A DNA stretch of 64,000 nucleotides from Octopus sinensis (Eukaryota), in the NCBI RefSeq assembly GCF_006345805.1, contig NC_043009.1, positions 12,896,001-12,960,000 on the forward strand, read 5' to 3'. Below, one piece after another: positions 24,671 through 38,663 of the stretch. The notes under the pieces were generated by a model. It ran no database searches. It saw only the letters and a list, made by a program, of their open reading frames with translations, and was not told where the DNA came from. Position 1 is the first letter of the stretch; the number at the start of each line of letters is the position of its first letter. The position numbers were made by a program, and so were the translations under genes.

Positions 24671-25784
24671 TGATCACATATATTGAACATGCACCAGGAA
24701 GTGAATTTGTAATCAGACAGATTAGTGAAGGATAGATTTAAACTATCATCATTGCCATAACGACCTCTGTTCCGCTGCATAATCACCCACTATTACTAAT
24801 ACGCTTTAACTCTTATCAATAATAGATCTGTACAACCGCACCATTACCAACACTTGGATCCATAACTAACATATTTCCTATAACATTATCACAGTAAATC
24901 GTTGATTTTTATCAGGCAGCGTTCTAAAAGCTGTATATTCATTCGATTACTCGCATTTATTTTGCCCCAAAATAATTGTACAAAATAGTAAATACGCTTA
25001 AGTAAATGCAATCTGGATATATATGTGAAGAAATTTCACACATAGTGACATAAAATGAATTTTGTGAAAACACTTGCGCTATGAGAAACCGTATAGTGAG
25101 AGTATGTGTTAAGCTGCAGCCACTCCTGAAATTTTAAATGCATCTTAGATTTCTAATAGGTTTATTATATGTTAGGTTGTTTCACAAAATATATATGTCT
25201 AAACAGTTGGCGATGTTACTTACTTCCACCTATTGCATCAAGTTTCTAAAGACACTGTAATTTGAAAAAGATTTCATGAATACTTTTTTCTTTATTATTT
25301 TTCTACGTGATTATATATTTAGTTGATTTTTATTTTCATATTTAAACATGTTTTAAATTTTGCAAATAACTTTCAATTTAAGGCATCTAGATTTCTTGAC
25401 GTCTTCAATTTGTTTGTTGTAGTGTAGTTTTTCTTCTGCTAAATTCACAAATGTTTCTACAATTTCCTTGGTAATAATTCGAGAATTTTACTTATCATTC
25501 ATTATCGTTTTGCTTTGATCTTCCCAATTGATCTCACCGACTTCAATAAAAGACAACCACTCAAAGCTCTCAGAACGACACTAAAGCTAACAGTAAGAGA
25601 AACACACTTCCGGCTTGGCATCTGACCAAAATTCTCACTAAAAGCCTCTAATTGGTCTTTTCCAATACTACGATTTTCTCCCTGGGAATACATTTGCCTG
25701 TGATTTGGCACTTATAATTAAAGGAAAGAGGTTTGGAAAATCACGCTGGCAGTTGTAGAATGTTATCTTCTATATGCTTGGGAT

Positions 25785-25839
25785 TAACAGCAACAACAAG
25801 AACAACAAAAACTACAACAACAACAACGCCAATAATAAC

Positions 25840-25873
<34 letters not shown>

Positions 25874-26370
25874 TAATAATAATAATAATAATAATAAACT
25901 GTAGACGTGTGTAGTTGTGATTCTGTAATGTTATTAGATCGAATGAAACTCAAATTTAAGGGGAAATGAGAATAAAAGAGAAAGGAAGAAATAGAGTAAA
26001 AGGAGGCGAGAAAGAAGAGAAGAAAATAAAAGAGAGAGAGAGAGAGAGAGAGAAAGAAAGAAAAGGAGAGAGAGAGAGACAGATGGGAGGAAGAGAAACA
26101 AATGTACAAACATGAAAATAAAACATAAACAAAAGTATATGATATTGAGATAACGGTGAGAGACTTTGTGTGTTCTAACTCCACTGATGGTATTCTTGAA
26201 CCATGCAAAGACGACGACGACGACGACGATGGCAACGACAATGATGATAAAGATGATGACGACAGAAATGATGAGGATGATGATGGTGTTGGTGGTGGCA
26301 GTGATATTGCGGATGATGATGATGATGATGACGATGCTTCCGCTGACTTTGCTGCTGCTGTTGATAATAA
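25785..26370. repeat. (CAA)n/(TAA)n/(GA)n/(GAT)n microsatellite cluster
   Basis: Direct trinucleotide and dinucleotide repeats. Confidence 0.9.
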
Positions 26371-26374
26371 TATT

Positions 26375-26624
26375 TATTTCTTTACTACCCACAAGGGACT
26401 AAACACAGAGAGGACAAACAAGGACAGACAAAGGGATTAAGTCGATTACATCGACCCCAGTGCGTAACTCGTACTTATCTAATCGACCCCGAAAGGATGA
26501 AAGGCAAAGTAGACCTCGGCGGAATTTGAACTCAGAACGTAAAGACAGACGAAATGCAGTAATGTATTTCGCCCGGCGCGCCTACATTTCTGCCAGCTCG
26601 CCGCCTTTCCCAGCTCGCCGCCTT
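26375..26624 (-). mobile_element. SINE family D
   Basis: Matches 9739 on the same strand, with the head duplicated at 26590-26624. Confidence 0.85.
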
Positions 26625-26835
26625 AATAATATTGATAATAATATTGACGTTGTGAAGGAGAGCGACGAAGGGGTTTCTGATTCGTTAGGTATCTATATGA
26701 ATATACGTTGAAATCCAGAGTAGATCCAAATTCAACCAGGCATGAAGAATAGCAATAGCAATAATAGTGACAATAACGGCAACAACGACAGAGATAAAAC
26801 CAACTCCCTCCGATTATATCAGCAACTACATCAGT

Positions 26836-27200
26836 GGAGACGCAATGGCCCAATGGTTAGGGCAGCGGACTCGCGGTTTCGATTCCCAGACCGGGCGTTG
26901 TGTGTGTTTATTGAGCGAAAACACCTAAAGCTCCACGAGGCTCCGGCAGGGGGTGGTGGGGACCCCTGTTGTACTCTTTCGCTTCAACTTTCTCTCACTC
27001 TGTCTTCCTGTTTCTTATCCCCGATTTCCTACGCAACCGCTGAGCCTGGTTGCACATTCATCCATCCGTCGATGCTCTCGGTGTCGAGGGTTGACTTGCT
27101 TTCTCTTCTGCGGGTCTTACGAATAGCAAAGGACCACGTTTTGGACTTCTCCCACTCTGGGACGAAGACCGCTTCGCTCAACAGTAACAGCAAATACAGC
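26836..27200 (+). mobile_element. SINE family A, tail type d
   Basis: Family A head plus tail cctacgcaaccgctgagcctgg...gggacgaagaccgcttcgctc(aac)n. Confidence 0.85.
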
Positions 27201-27769
27201 AACAAACCTATGATAAACCGGACTTCCTAACACTTCATAACCGCACTGCAAGCATTAAACCTGCCCTCAAACATTCCAATAACCATCAAAAATGCTTTGA
27301 TTACAGAATAACCAATATCATCCAATAAGTCAACACTTATACTATCATGCGATTTTTGAATAACGTTGCAGGCTCTACGTGGTTGTTCTTCGTGCTAGAG
27401 ATAGAAGCGAAATCTCCTTGAAATACCTCAGTAATGCCTTGAATAAATAACATTGATGAATGCTGTCCTAGATACACTTTATCTGGAAATTAATGCAGTA
27501 CTAGGATGGTTTTGATCACATGTCAATTCGGTCCGGGTATAAGCCAAGATTAAACAATTATCAACTGCAACAACAACAAACTCAGTACAAAACTCAGGCA
27601 AAAATTGTCACTAGCGCTATCATTATTACCGCACACATTATATATCCTTTTGTTTCTAACATTCATTGAATATTATTAAATCTTTCGAAACCTTGTGATT
27701 CATAAGCTCTTCTCCTTGCCTTCCCATCTTTCTTTTTTACTTTCATCGTCGTTCATCATCATCGTCATC

Positions 27770-27804
<35 letters not shown>

Positions 27805-27828
27805 ACAACAACAACAACAACAACAACA

Positions 27829-27859
<31 letters not shown>

Positions 27860-29101
27860 CTTCTTCAGGCACACAAGGACTACTATGATTGCGATGCAAA
27901 ATATTAACAGAAAACATAAATTAAAACTCAAGATTCTTTGCGAACGTAGCGTGGTGGTCCTGGCAAAAAACAACCTAAACATTTTACCTGCAATGAATAG
28001 AAATCTTGTTAAAAATAGTAACCTTACAGTCTGTAAGCACGTATCACTTAAACGTAAACACGAACAACGAAAATTGTTTTTTGCCAGTGTCTTTTTTTTT
28101 AACAAGAAAACTCTTGATATAGAACACGTTGCGAAAAATCGAAAGGTCAGCAGTTGTTTATCATCGAATTGGAGCCAGCTTCTCACAACCAGTCTCAGAG
28201 GGTCGTGAATGGTTAAACATAACCTGGCTCTGTTTTATCACACATAAGCTTAGACAAGAAGACACACCTAAATCAAGAGTTACTACTAAACGACCTCAAA
28301 GTATTCTTTTAATGCAACACCACCCCATCCCCATATGAGGATGGGAGCAAGACGTAGGCCGATGGGAATAAACAGTACTCCAATGTATTTGTATCCCACA
28401 ATCCCTTTCCGTGTTCTAAGGATATCATCTTGTGATACCGTTATCCCATCATACTCAATCTTAATACTGCGCATTTATCCACTCTAAACTGCATACTAAT
28501 ATCCTTATTAATATATCCTTATTGCTGGAAGAGAAAAAAAAATTCATGTTCTCATGGTGATTCATTGGCCTTTCTGTTATTTCGTTTTCGATCTAGCCAT
28601 ATTCTTCAATATTTTATATTCTAACGATCACTTCCAGTTCAAAATGCGATGGCCACCCGTTTCCCATTATTTGATTTCTTTCTGTTTATCTTGAAGTCTT
28701 TGTATTGTGACAGAAAACATTCATTCTAAACTTGTATTTATTTAACCAGATTCGCTGTTATACAAACATTCCATAACAATTCTGTTGAAACTTTGAGAGT
28801 AACTTCTTAACTTTTGTAACAGTAGTTCAAGAACGACCGAGCACATTCATCTTTGAAAGCAGACACATCAAGTTCAAGAGACCTTTACTTGAGGAAACAT
28901 AGTGAACATAATTTGATATGATTTTACGTATGACACTGCACTCATGAATAAGAGTGCGGTAGTGAGGTAACATATACAACCGCGCTTTTAACGAGACATC
29001 ATCTTTTATGGGGAGAGATGCCAAATAAGGCTAAAGAGGACCCTTGTCGATAGATACGTTTAACCATGTGAGAAACAACCTAATACTTCAAGGAATTGAG
29101 A

Positions 29102-29175
<74 letters not shown>

Positions 29176-29296
29176 ATTATCATTATTATTATTATAATTA
29201 TTATTATAATTATTATTATTATTATCATTATTATTATTATTTATTATTATTATTTATTATTATTATTATTATTAATATCATAATTAAGCAGAATAG
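29102..29296. repeat. (ATT)n microsatellite
   Basis: Direct repeat. Confidence 0.95.
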
Positions 29297-29299
29297 GGA

Positions 29300-29492
29300 C
29301 ATAGCTTGCAGAATTGTTAACATGCCGTGCCAAATGCTTAGCAGCATTTCGTCCGTATCCCATTCTGAGTTCAAATTCTGCTGCGGTCGACTTTGACATT
29401 CATTACGATAAAATAATTTCCACTTCAACTTTCGGTTGATTTAATCGACTTAGACCCCCACCAAACCTGCTGGCCTTGTGCCAAAATTTGAA
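29300..29492 (+). mobile_element. SINE family D, diverged
   Basis: gcagaattgttaac...gagttcaaattctg...ggtcgactttg. Confidence 0.7.
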
Positions 29493-31385
29493 ATTATTAT
29501 TATTATTATTATTATAGACGTCACACAGTATACAATGTCGTGAGGTTGTTGACTGAAGATATTGTGTCTACCGGGGGTTTGTACTGTTTGTCAAGTCACA
29601 ACAAGGACCTCAGACAGACAGTATTTTACTCAATATGCGTGCAGTTCTAGGTAATGCCGACTTTTGCAATACATCAAGATTCTAGGGTATTTGTAAGGTT
29701 TTCAAATGCTTTTTCAGTTTGGGTGGTATTGAACTCAATACTCCGATGACAATAGGGATAACCTCTATGTTCGAATCTCGTACCTGCCACAACTTAGCGA
29801 TCTCAATTCTCAGGTCTCCACATATATCACTTTTTTTCTTCTTTCATGATGATGTGTTGATCTTCTGGCACTGCCACGTCGATTACTAAGCACTCTTGTT
29901 TGTCCTTCCTAAAGGATATATCCGACCTTCGGTGCTCTAACACTTTGTCAGGAAATCAAAGACTCAAAGGAATTTTGCCTTTCCTTTCCGTACATTACCA
30001 TTTACGGTGTATGTTGATACCAAGCAACCGTAACCTCATATCCATACTTACGGCATAGTAGCCAGTGGATGTTTTGGGCTACTATGTCGCGTCTACGCTT
30101 GTAACCTTTCTGCGCAAACTTTTCGCAAGCACTAACAACGTGCGTCACACATTCGACCCTCTTCCCACACATTCTGTAGAGGTGCGATGCACTTACGTTA
30201 AGTTAGAATATCACCTTTAATTCTCCGCTTCCACCATGGCTCCTCTCCGTCTACTTTCCCTCGCTTTCTTTCCAACCAGTTCACCTATTAAAATTGACGC
30301 GGATCTGATCAAGTCCCTTGTTTCTCTTATATCTTTTGTCAAAATGTGTTTCATAATCTCATCAACTTTTTGGGTCGCGCGTTTCACATTGTTACGGTCG
30401 AAGCTTCTTAGATTCACCGGCTTGGTCTCTGTTCTTGTAATTCTTATATTTTCGAGTCTTTTCCTGTGACTTCTCTGTTCCTCAGTCATATCCTATCTTA
30501 TGTCAGGGTTTTCTACATCATATTGATTGGTCGGCCTCTACTCCACTACAACTTCACATTGCCTGCTGAGGCTTTTCCCGATTGTCTGAATCTGGGCCTC
30601 ATTAAGAAAACCTCTATTCCGAATTATTCTTATCTGATTCATGAGTCTATTTTCAGTAATCTGGAACATACCCAGCTGATTCCAAAGTTCTCATGATCTT
30701 TTCCGACAGCTTTACATTTGCCATTGTTCTTGTCTAGCAATACATGTTCATGGTACTGGATCGCCTTTCGGTTTTCGAGCACGTTGCATAATTTGACCAG
30801 TACAAGGAATGTGTCTTGTAGTATGGCTATCAGTTGTTGGATTACGACCGGGCCCACCCTGCTGCACAGTGGGGCACCTGCCGGGTGCAGCACCCTCACC
30901 GTTAGTTCTAGTCCCGTTCACACCGTTATCGTCATTTATTTTTCTTGGTACTTTCATTCGCAAAGGTGGTGTGTTTTTAGGTTACTGCCAACAGGTATTT
31001 TTATTGAGACACCATCTCTATAAAGGTAGACCATCAAGGCGGCAGGGTCCTTGCACCCCTGGTTCTTTTCCTTAGAGCGTTCCTTCTCCTAGGCTGCCTG
31101 CCACTGAAGGCTAATGAGTACTGCCTACCCGGAGCACCGGTTATTTGGAGGCACCAGATACTCGACTTTTCCCAAACTTTTCCTGTTGGTTTCACATAGG
31201 AGTTGGGCTTGACCTCTGTGACTAAGGAGTCTTATCTACACCGGTTTTGAAACCAGAGTATTCCTTCTCCTAGACAGACAACCATCCAAGACTCACAAGT
31301 TCTACCTACTCGTTTTCGGAATGACCATTGGTTCTTGGTGTTGTCGGTTTAGTAGCCGACGACTCGACGGTTTCACAACGCCACG
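29493..31385 (-). mobile_element. R4/Dong-type RLE non-LTR retrotransposon, internally deleted (RT missing)
   Basis: Reverse strand: YRMCGKRVECVTHVVSACEKFAQKGYKRRRDIVAQNIHWLLCRKYGY (CCHC region), decayed KILWDF / RR.DI nuclease motifs and a QKSALLRTARIL end. There is a (TAA)n tail at 29493-29515, an N-terminal ORF remnant at 30217-31000 and a GC-richer 5' UTR. Confidence 0.8.
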
Positions 31386-32329
31386 TATTAATCATTCTGG
31401 ATAATTATTGTTCCCAATTATACATTCTGTATTACTCCTATAACCCTATCTTATTATTTACTTGTTGACTACTATAGTTTCACAATTACTCTTTTCCCCC
31501 GCTTCAAAGTAGGCACCGCACACTATTATTCTTATTAGTAGTAGTATTATTAGTGATTGTCGCAGACGGGCACATATATTTTAGCCTGCGATGTAAATAG
31601 ACATTTTGGTTCGTTTGATAAAAATAAATGAATTAATAAATGAAATGAAAAATGAATAAATAATCCTCTTTCGGATTATTTTCTCACAAGAAATCTAACG
31701 AAAGTGTGCTGTTTGATCCATTAGATAAGGATCCCACAAAGTCTGTCTTTTAATCATTTATTTATTTTGAATAATATTTGCTTATTTACAATAGTTAAAG
31801 GCAGTTCTTCTGTCTGAACTAAAACCTGAGATTATCATGAAAGGTATAACATCGACCACGCCCACAAAATTTTCAGACAAAATTTGCCGTGAATTGTAAG
31901 AAATAGCATAGACCATAAAAAAGGACACCGAAAGGAGAAACATTTATGATGGCATTTAAAGAAACATTTAAATAAACATATCCAATGACAAATAGAAACG
32001 GAGACCTTGACATTTCGGAAATTACGTAGAAAGAAATATGCAATAACAAATATTTAATGTAAACGTATATGATGGAAATAGGTAAAAATATTTGTCGCAG
32101 TTCAGGCAATAACAAAAACACCTTTTTTAATTTCTTACGCTAAAAAGAGGTTTTGAATGTGTCACATTTCTTAATAAAAAAAAAACAGAAAAAAAAAACA
32201 AAAATAAAGACAAAGAATCTGGGAGAGCTATGAAACGAAAAATTCTTCTTACCAAATGATTTTATCAAGAAATATTAAGGGGAAAAGTGACTCTTTTGCT
32301 AGAAACGCGGAAAACCTTTCAATGAGTCC

Positions 32330-32930
32330 ATTACGGAAAGGCTGAATCGATGCGTCACATAGCTCCGTGTTGCCCACTGGCCTCCATGGGTGGGTAAGTG
32401 TGGTGAAAGTTTATATAATTAGGAACACTATATCGGAAATTGACCTTGCTTCGTCACCATCTATGGAGTACAATAGGTGCTAGCTGTTAGCCTCGAAGTG
32501 ATCAAATATCACACAGCGTGATAAGATTTTTGCAAAAAAAGGCTTGTCTTAACGACTCCCAGAGATCACATACTCATTCCGTAACTGTAGCCCATTGTAA
32601 ACGCAGAGAAAGTAAAAATAACAGAATTGGTGGAACAATGAAGAATGTCTTGTTATTAGACGTATGGAAGTAGGAGACACTTGTGGATTTTCAGTCCTGA
32701 ATTGCTGGAAAGGAACGAGTAGAAAGAGATCTGTACAGCAGCAGAGCCATCATTAAGAGCAGCAGGATTCAGCAGCTGCTCTGTTCAGCAAGACCATCTG
32801 TTGCAGTTTCAAAATAGTCAATATGTCGTCTCACCCCCGGTGTCAAGAGCAAACTATCGGGGACCACAAAAAACCAAAACGAACCTTTACCTCCTAATTG
32901 TGGCAAACCAAGATGTACCACAACGGGAAA
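32330..32930 (+). mobile_element. Possible very decayed RTE 5' end (UTR plus APE N-terminus)
   Basis: NVLLLDVWK*ETL resembles the APE start (..GTWNVRTL), followed by AAL.SKT-like text; heavily broken. Confidence 0.35.
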
Positions 32931-34847
32931 CGAATGAAACATGGACATAGGAGATGAAATCTCAGGACAGCAAAAGATACGGAACAAAACAAATGAGCAA
33001 TATCGAATGACTTCTAAACACACAAATCCCGCTCCAGACTATGTAACTTACGAATCTCAAGATGATTGAGAATTAGTCTGAGCTTGATCTAATTCAACAT
33101 GCCAGCTTGTGATAAACGGTGTTCCAGTGTTAACTATACCATCTGTATATAACAATGTGGCCCTGTTTTCTAAGGTGGATATCCAAAAGAATATCAAGAA
33201 GACTAATAATTAGGATGATGTGCTACATGAGAAGTAAAAAATAAGGGCCAGTTTTTCAGACATTCAGATGTAATACTATTTATAATCAAACCAAAGGTCT
33301 AACGCACTATCCAATATCTATCACTACATGAAGTTGGTAGGTTTTACTAACGCAGAAAATGCCCAAATGCCCCACAATCTTTAAATGCCCCACAATCTGG
33401 TGTTACGAGAGACGCATTGCTCCATAACAAACTTTATTCCTCAAATATTTCTGCGTACAATAGTTAATTGTAGTAAACAGCATAGTAGCAGATACTGTTA
33501 GCTTGACATAACGAGTTCAATCGTTTCCTTATCGAAGTTTGTTCCAAGGTGAGCGATTCTCAGTAGGATTGGTGGAGGCAGTTGCAGAAAATATTCTTTT
33601 ATGATATAATTTAGGTGGTTCTCAAATAATAATTTTTTATATTTGCTGTAACGACTTGTCAGTGCTTAACATATAATACAAGATTGAAGCGACAGCTTCA
33701 ACATATAATACCACAGCTAACGTATTCCCTCTGATATATAACATTGTATTAAATTTACAATATTGTTAAATTTGAAGTATATTAAATGTATTATATGGCC
33801 TTAGGAAAATGTGTTAGGAGCTTGTCGTCAGTTTGTCACACTGTGTAAATAGCTTTGTCACACATAGTAAGTAACTTTCAGTAAATCAACTGTGGAATCA
33901 GCATGCTCATCATAGGCAAATGTCATTTACCATCATTTTAGATTTCATCCAAGTCTTGAGAATGAAATTGTTTCCAAGAGAATTATGTTATGGGTACACG
34001 GGTCTGTGAAATGTTTAACCACTTTTGGGTTAATTCAATAAGCGCTTGGTTCACTTGGTCACACAACTAAATACTCATCGTCAAAATCAATGAAAATCCA
34101 CTGACATTGTTTTGATTTTCTCTGGGCTCTGAGCTCAATATCAACATTGTCATTCATCCTCTCACAAGTTGGTTACGTACCAGTGATATTCTGGGTTCGA
34201 CTCACCCCTTTCTTTTTCTATCTCATAAAGGGATATTTTGCACTGAGAGAACGGTCTCTCACAGACTACCCACAATGCCCTTTCTTCGTAAAGGAAGAGA
34301 TTGTTGAAAGAAATGCTAGTAACTTCTCATAGAACAAAAGATAGACTACTGGAAATGTCCAAGGACAGACGGATGTGTAGCACAGCAATGAACAGAAATA
34401 AAGTTCTTTTAATTTATAGACGTCGAGACAACGTTGGATGCAACACAGTTGTCGAGATTAAGAGGAAATATTTGTACTTAGCTTTCACTTGAAAGGACTG
34501 CCATAACTGTCGAAGTAGGAGCGCTAAGCAGTGATATATAAGAATGTAGCATTTTATTAACATTTCAAATATCGCTCGTTTGAACTGATAAACAAGACGT
34601 TCATTGTGTTTTTTCAGGGAGAAAATTTCTCACTGTTTACAATGATGTCAATACACATAAATCAGCTTGCAACGTACCCTGTCCAGACTGTGAGATGCAG
34701 CATTTCAGAGTAGTTATCTCCTCCTCGGTAACAGACACCGGGCAGAGGCCACTACGAACTGATGAAAGAGAGCGATTATCTTATGCTATTTCACTCATCG
34801 TTTAATGGCCGATAACGCTACGTACCGGCTGACCGGAAGTAGTATTA

Positions 34848-35233
34848 TACTCTTTTACTCTTTTACCTGTTTCAGTCATTTGACTGCGGCCATGCTGGAG
34901 CACCACCTTTAGTCGAGGAAATCCTATTCTTTGTAAGCCTAGTACTTATTTTATCTTTCTCTTTTGCCGAACCACTAAGTTACGGGGACGTAAACACACC
35001 AGCATCGGTTGTCAAGCTATGTTGGGGGGACAAACACAGACACACAAACACACACACATATACACATATATACGACGGGCTTCTTTCAGTTTCCGTCTAC
35101 CAAATCCACTCACAAGGTTTTAGTCGGCCCGAGACTATAGTAGAAGACACTTGCCCAAGGTGCGACGCAGTGGGACTGAACCCGGAACCATGTGGTTAGT
35201 AAGCAATCTACTTACCACAGCCACTCCTGCGCC
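34848..35233 (-). mobile_element. SINE family B
   Basis: Reverse complement of the 12617 copy along its whole length. Confidence 0.88.
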
Positions 35234-35500
35234 TATATGTATAAATATTATGTAATTACCGGTTCAAATATGCTTGTGACACGTTCATCAATTCGTAGTG
35301 CCCTCTATCCAGTGTCTGTCACCGAAAAGGAGATAGCTACTCCGAAATGCTGCATCTCTCAGTCTGGAAAGGGGGCGCTGCGAACTTATCTAGGTGTTTT
35401 TACACCATTGTCAACTACGAGAAATTTTCTCCGTGACAAAACACAGTGAATGACTTGTTTATTAATCCAAACATGCCAAACATCAACTGCTTTTAGAATT

Positions 35501-35826
35501 TGTGGAGGCGCAATGGCCCAGTGCTTAGGGCAGCGGACTCGCGGCCGGAGGATCGCAGTTTCGATTCCCAGACCGGGCGTTGTGCGTGTTTATTGAGCGA
35601 AAACTCCTAAAGCTCCACGAGGCTATGGCAGGGGATGGTGGCGACCCCTGTTGTACTCTTTCGCCCCAACTTTCTCTCACTCTTTCTTCCTGTTTCTTGA
35701 GTAACGCTGCAATGGATTGGCGTCCCGTCTAGCTGGGTGGGGGGAACACATAGCCCATAGAAACCGGGAAACCGGGCCCATGAGCCTGGCTAGGCTTGTA
35801 AAGGGCGCATAAATAAAATAAAATAA
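35501..35826 (+). mobile_element. SINE family A, tail type b, with 11-bp TSD
   Basis: TSD cttttagaatt at 35490-35500 and 35827-35837. Confidence 0.9.
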
Positions 35827-36340
35827 CTTTTAGAATTCAGACTTTTTTATTGTTTAAAACGAAGTAGTTGGTAAATTGGTAGAGTCGTTAGAGTATCGGA
35901 TTAAATGCCTGTAGAAGATATTTCGATATTTCGCTTAGAGTTCAAATCCTGACAGATCAGCTTCGTTTTTCATAATTTCAAGGTCGTTGAAAAACCACGA
36001 ATGTAGCACGATAGATTAGCAGAAATTTAAGAACGCCAGGCTAGATGCATTGCGTTATATGTTCTGGTATTTTGCATTCTGTCTTCAACTGCTGCCATGA
36101 TTTAGTCGAGTTGTAAATGAATCGGTCACGCGGTTTAAAATTATCAGAAGGAAAAAGAAAGAGAGAATGGTAAAAAAAAGTACATGGCGCAGAACATTGA
36201 TGGTCGACATGTCAAATTTGAATATCACGTGGGTGGATTTAAAGAATACCTCAGCCAACAGAAACCAGTGGCGTCAATGTGCTCAAAGCTGACACACACA
36301 CATGCACGCATACACACAAACACACAAACACATACACATA

Positions 36341-36637
36341 CATCACCGTGATCACCGTAACCGACCAGGCTATCAGATGTTGCTACACATCGCTGGTCAC
36401 AATGCGCTTCGCATTGTTTGAGCCTTCAAATGACGCCACCCCGCTGGCTAAGCGAGCTGGCCAACGGAAGAAAGAGTGAGAGAAAGTTGTAGCGAAAGAG
36501 TACAGCAGAGATCGCCACCACTCCCTACCGGAGCCAGGTATTTTCGCTCAATAAACACTCACAGTACCCGGTCTGGGAATCGAAACCGCGATCCTACAAC
36601 CGCGAGTCCGCTACCCTAACTACTGGGCCATTGCGCC
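36341..36637 (-). mobile_element. SINE family A, tail type a
   Basis: Reverse complement of the 43304 and 46735 copies. Confidence 0.88.
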
Positions 36638-37224
36638 GCCACACACACACACATACACATACACACACACATACACACACGCACGCTGCCTTTGAGACTG
36701 AAAAGTCATGCTTTCCACACGCTTTCCATACGCTGCCACTACATCTTCCGTCTAGCCCAAAAAAAGGCCTTTTCGTTTGTTTTTTCTCGTTCGTTCTCTT
36801 GTTTTATTTGATTTCCCGTATTGTATTCTCTTTTTATTTCTCGTTTGTATTTTTTTTTTTGTACATGTATTTTTATCATGTATTTTATCTGTATTTTACT
36901 GTGCAGTTTTATTATTACGTCCTGTTTGTGTTCTTAACCGTTTTTCACTCGGCTGCTTGGAATTTTATTTTAATTCTCTCGCAGGAAGGCCTAGTTTTAC
37001 GATGTGTCCTGTCTCGCCTTCGAAACATGCTTGAGTCTAACTAGCGACAGCTGATGACCGGGGAATTCTCCTTATTTTCTTGTTATAATTTTATGTTTTT
37101 CCCGTTTCTACGTCCTGTTGTGGTGTCCTGTACTCACGTATATTTATTTATATATGCATGTATATATACATGTAGATGTAGGTACGTACATATATGTTTG
37201 TATGTATGCATACATTTTAATTAT

Positions 37225-37258
<34 letters not shown>

Positions 37259-38078
37259 ATATACTATTTACATATACATTACACACGCATACAGACACAA
37301 CATATCTTTAGATGATAATTTTCCATATAGTCTTCGTTTACCAAGTCAAGTGGAAGTTATGGGTAGAAGACACCTATCCACTGTGCTGTGACATGTGATG
37401 GAATCTGGAATAGCTCGCCGCGACGAAAAGAACTTTTTCACCTTACGCCTATGATTAGCAGTGTTGGTGCTTCGACATGTTATTTACCACAATACGAGTG
37501 CGTATAATACACGTTTAGTATCTCAGATAGACAATATTTTGATCCGCGGTTAGAATTCTGTACGTTATTTTACTCTTCGTTGCACTTTCTTATGGCTATT
37601 AAGATCAAATCCTATTTATAATCTCATATCAGTTACGCTAACCTCGTTAACAATGAGGGCTTGTCTACATCTATGACCAACTACGAACAAGAGCCAAATA
37701 TTTTACAGATTCCATATTACCATCTTAAAAATATCTTGTCAGTGAAATTGAGAAAGAAAAACTGTATGAAAGCCTGTCAGATGGATTGAACTTGTTAATG
37801 AAGCGTTCAGCTTAGACGTACTCGGTCACACTATTTCTACCTGAGCATTAAACCCAGAGTACACGTATCCGGGAATTATTTAGTTGCATATGTCGCATAT
37901 TCAATGAACCAAATAGTTCTGAAAATCGAACACATGAATAACCCTGATCCATTTTACATTAAGTTTCGTAAACCAATAATGGCTTTAAAATATCCTCGGT
38001 GCCATATAATAATAATATCGTAAGCGGGACTGCGACACAATGAAATTGCAATATGTTATATTATGCGCGCGCGTGTGT

Positions 38079-38181
<103 letters not shown>

Positions 38182-38388
38182 CATGTGTGTGTGTATGTGT
38201 GCATGTGTGTGTGTGTGTTTTCTGTGTATTGTTTTCCGATATGAGCTATACGCTTGTACACTATATCACATGAAATGTTGATGTGCCTTTTCTGTCATTG
38301 ATCGTACGATACCTTCCTTGGGTGTGATACGTTTTGTCCTTTTACGTGATATGTTATAGTTCGTGCCATCGAATATTGCTTAACAGTC

Positions 38389-38421
<33 letters not shown>

Positions 38422-38466
38422 ATCTATCTATCTATATATATATATATATGTATACACACACACACA

Positions 38467-38503
<37 letters not shown>

Positions 38504-38663
38504 ATATGATATATATATATATATATAATATATATATGATATGTTAATATATATATATTATAATATATATATATATATATGATATATATATATATATATA
38601 TATTTATCATGTTTGATTTCACTTTTTCAATATCAGTGTCAATCGATACTGGAAAAAGTATAT

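Noticed and set aside
26156-26440. Asp-rich ORF resembling an acidic biomineralisation protein
   Set aside because: It is a (GAT/GAC)n microsatellite running into a SINE, with no signal peptide or splice support.
32350-32410. HDV-like ribozyme at the putative RTE 5' end
   Set aside because: Could not assign P1.1, P2 or J4/2 by eye.
33880-34500. More complex sequence as a possible host exon
   Set aside because: No long ORF, recognisable domain or convincing splice-site pair.
34755-34830. ctgatgaaag motif
   Set aside because: No downstream GAAA or stem III; consistent with chance.
36975-37065. GAAAC followed by CTGATGA as a type II hammerhead
   Set aside because: The stems do not pair convincingly; at most a badly decayed type I motif.
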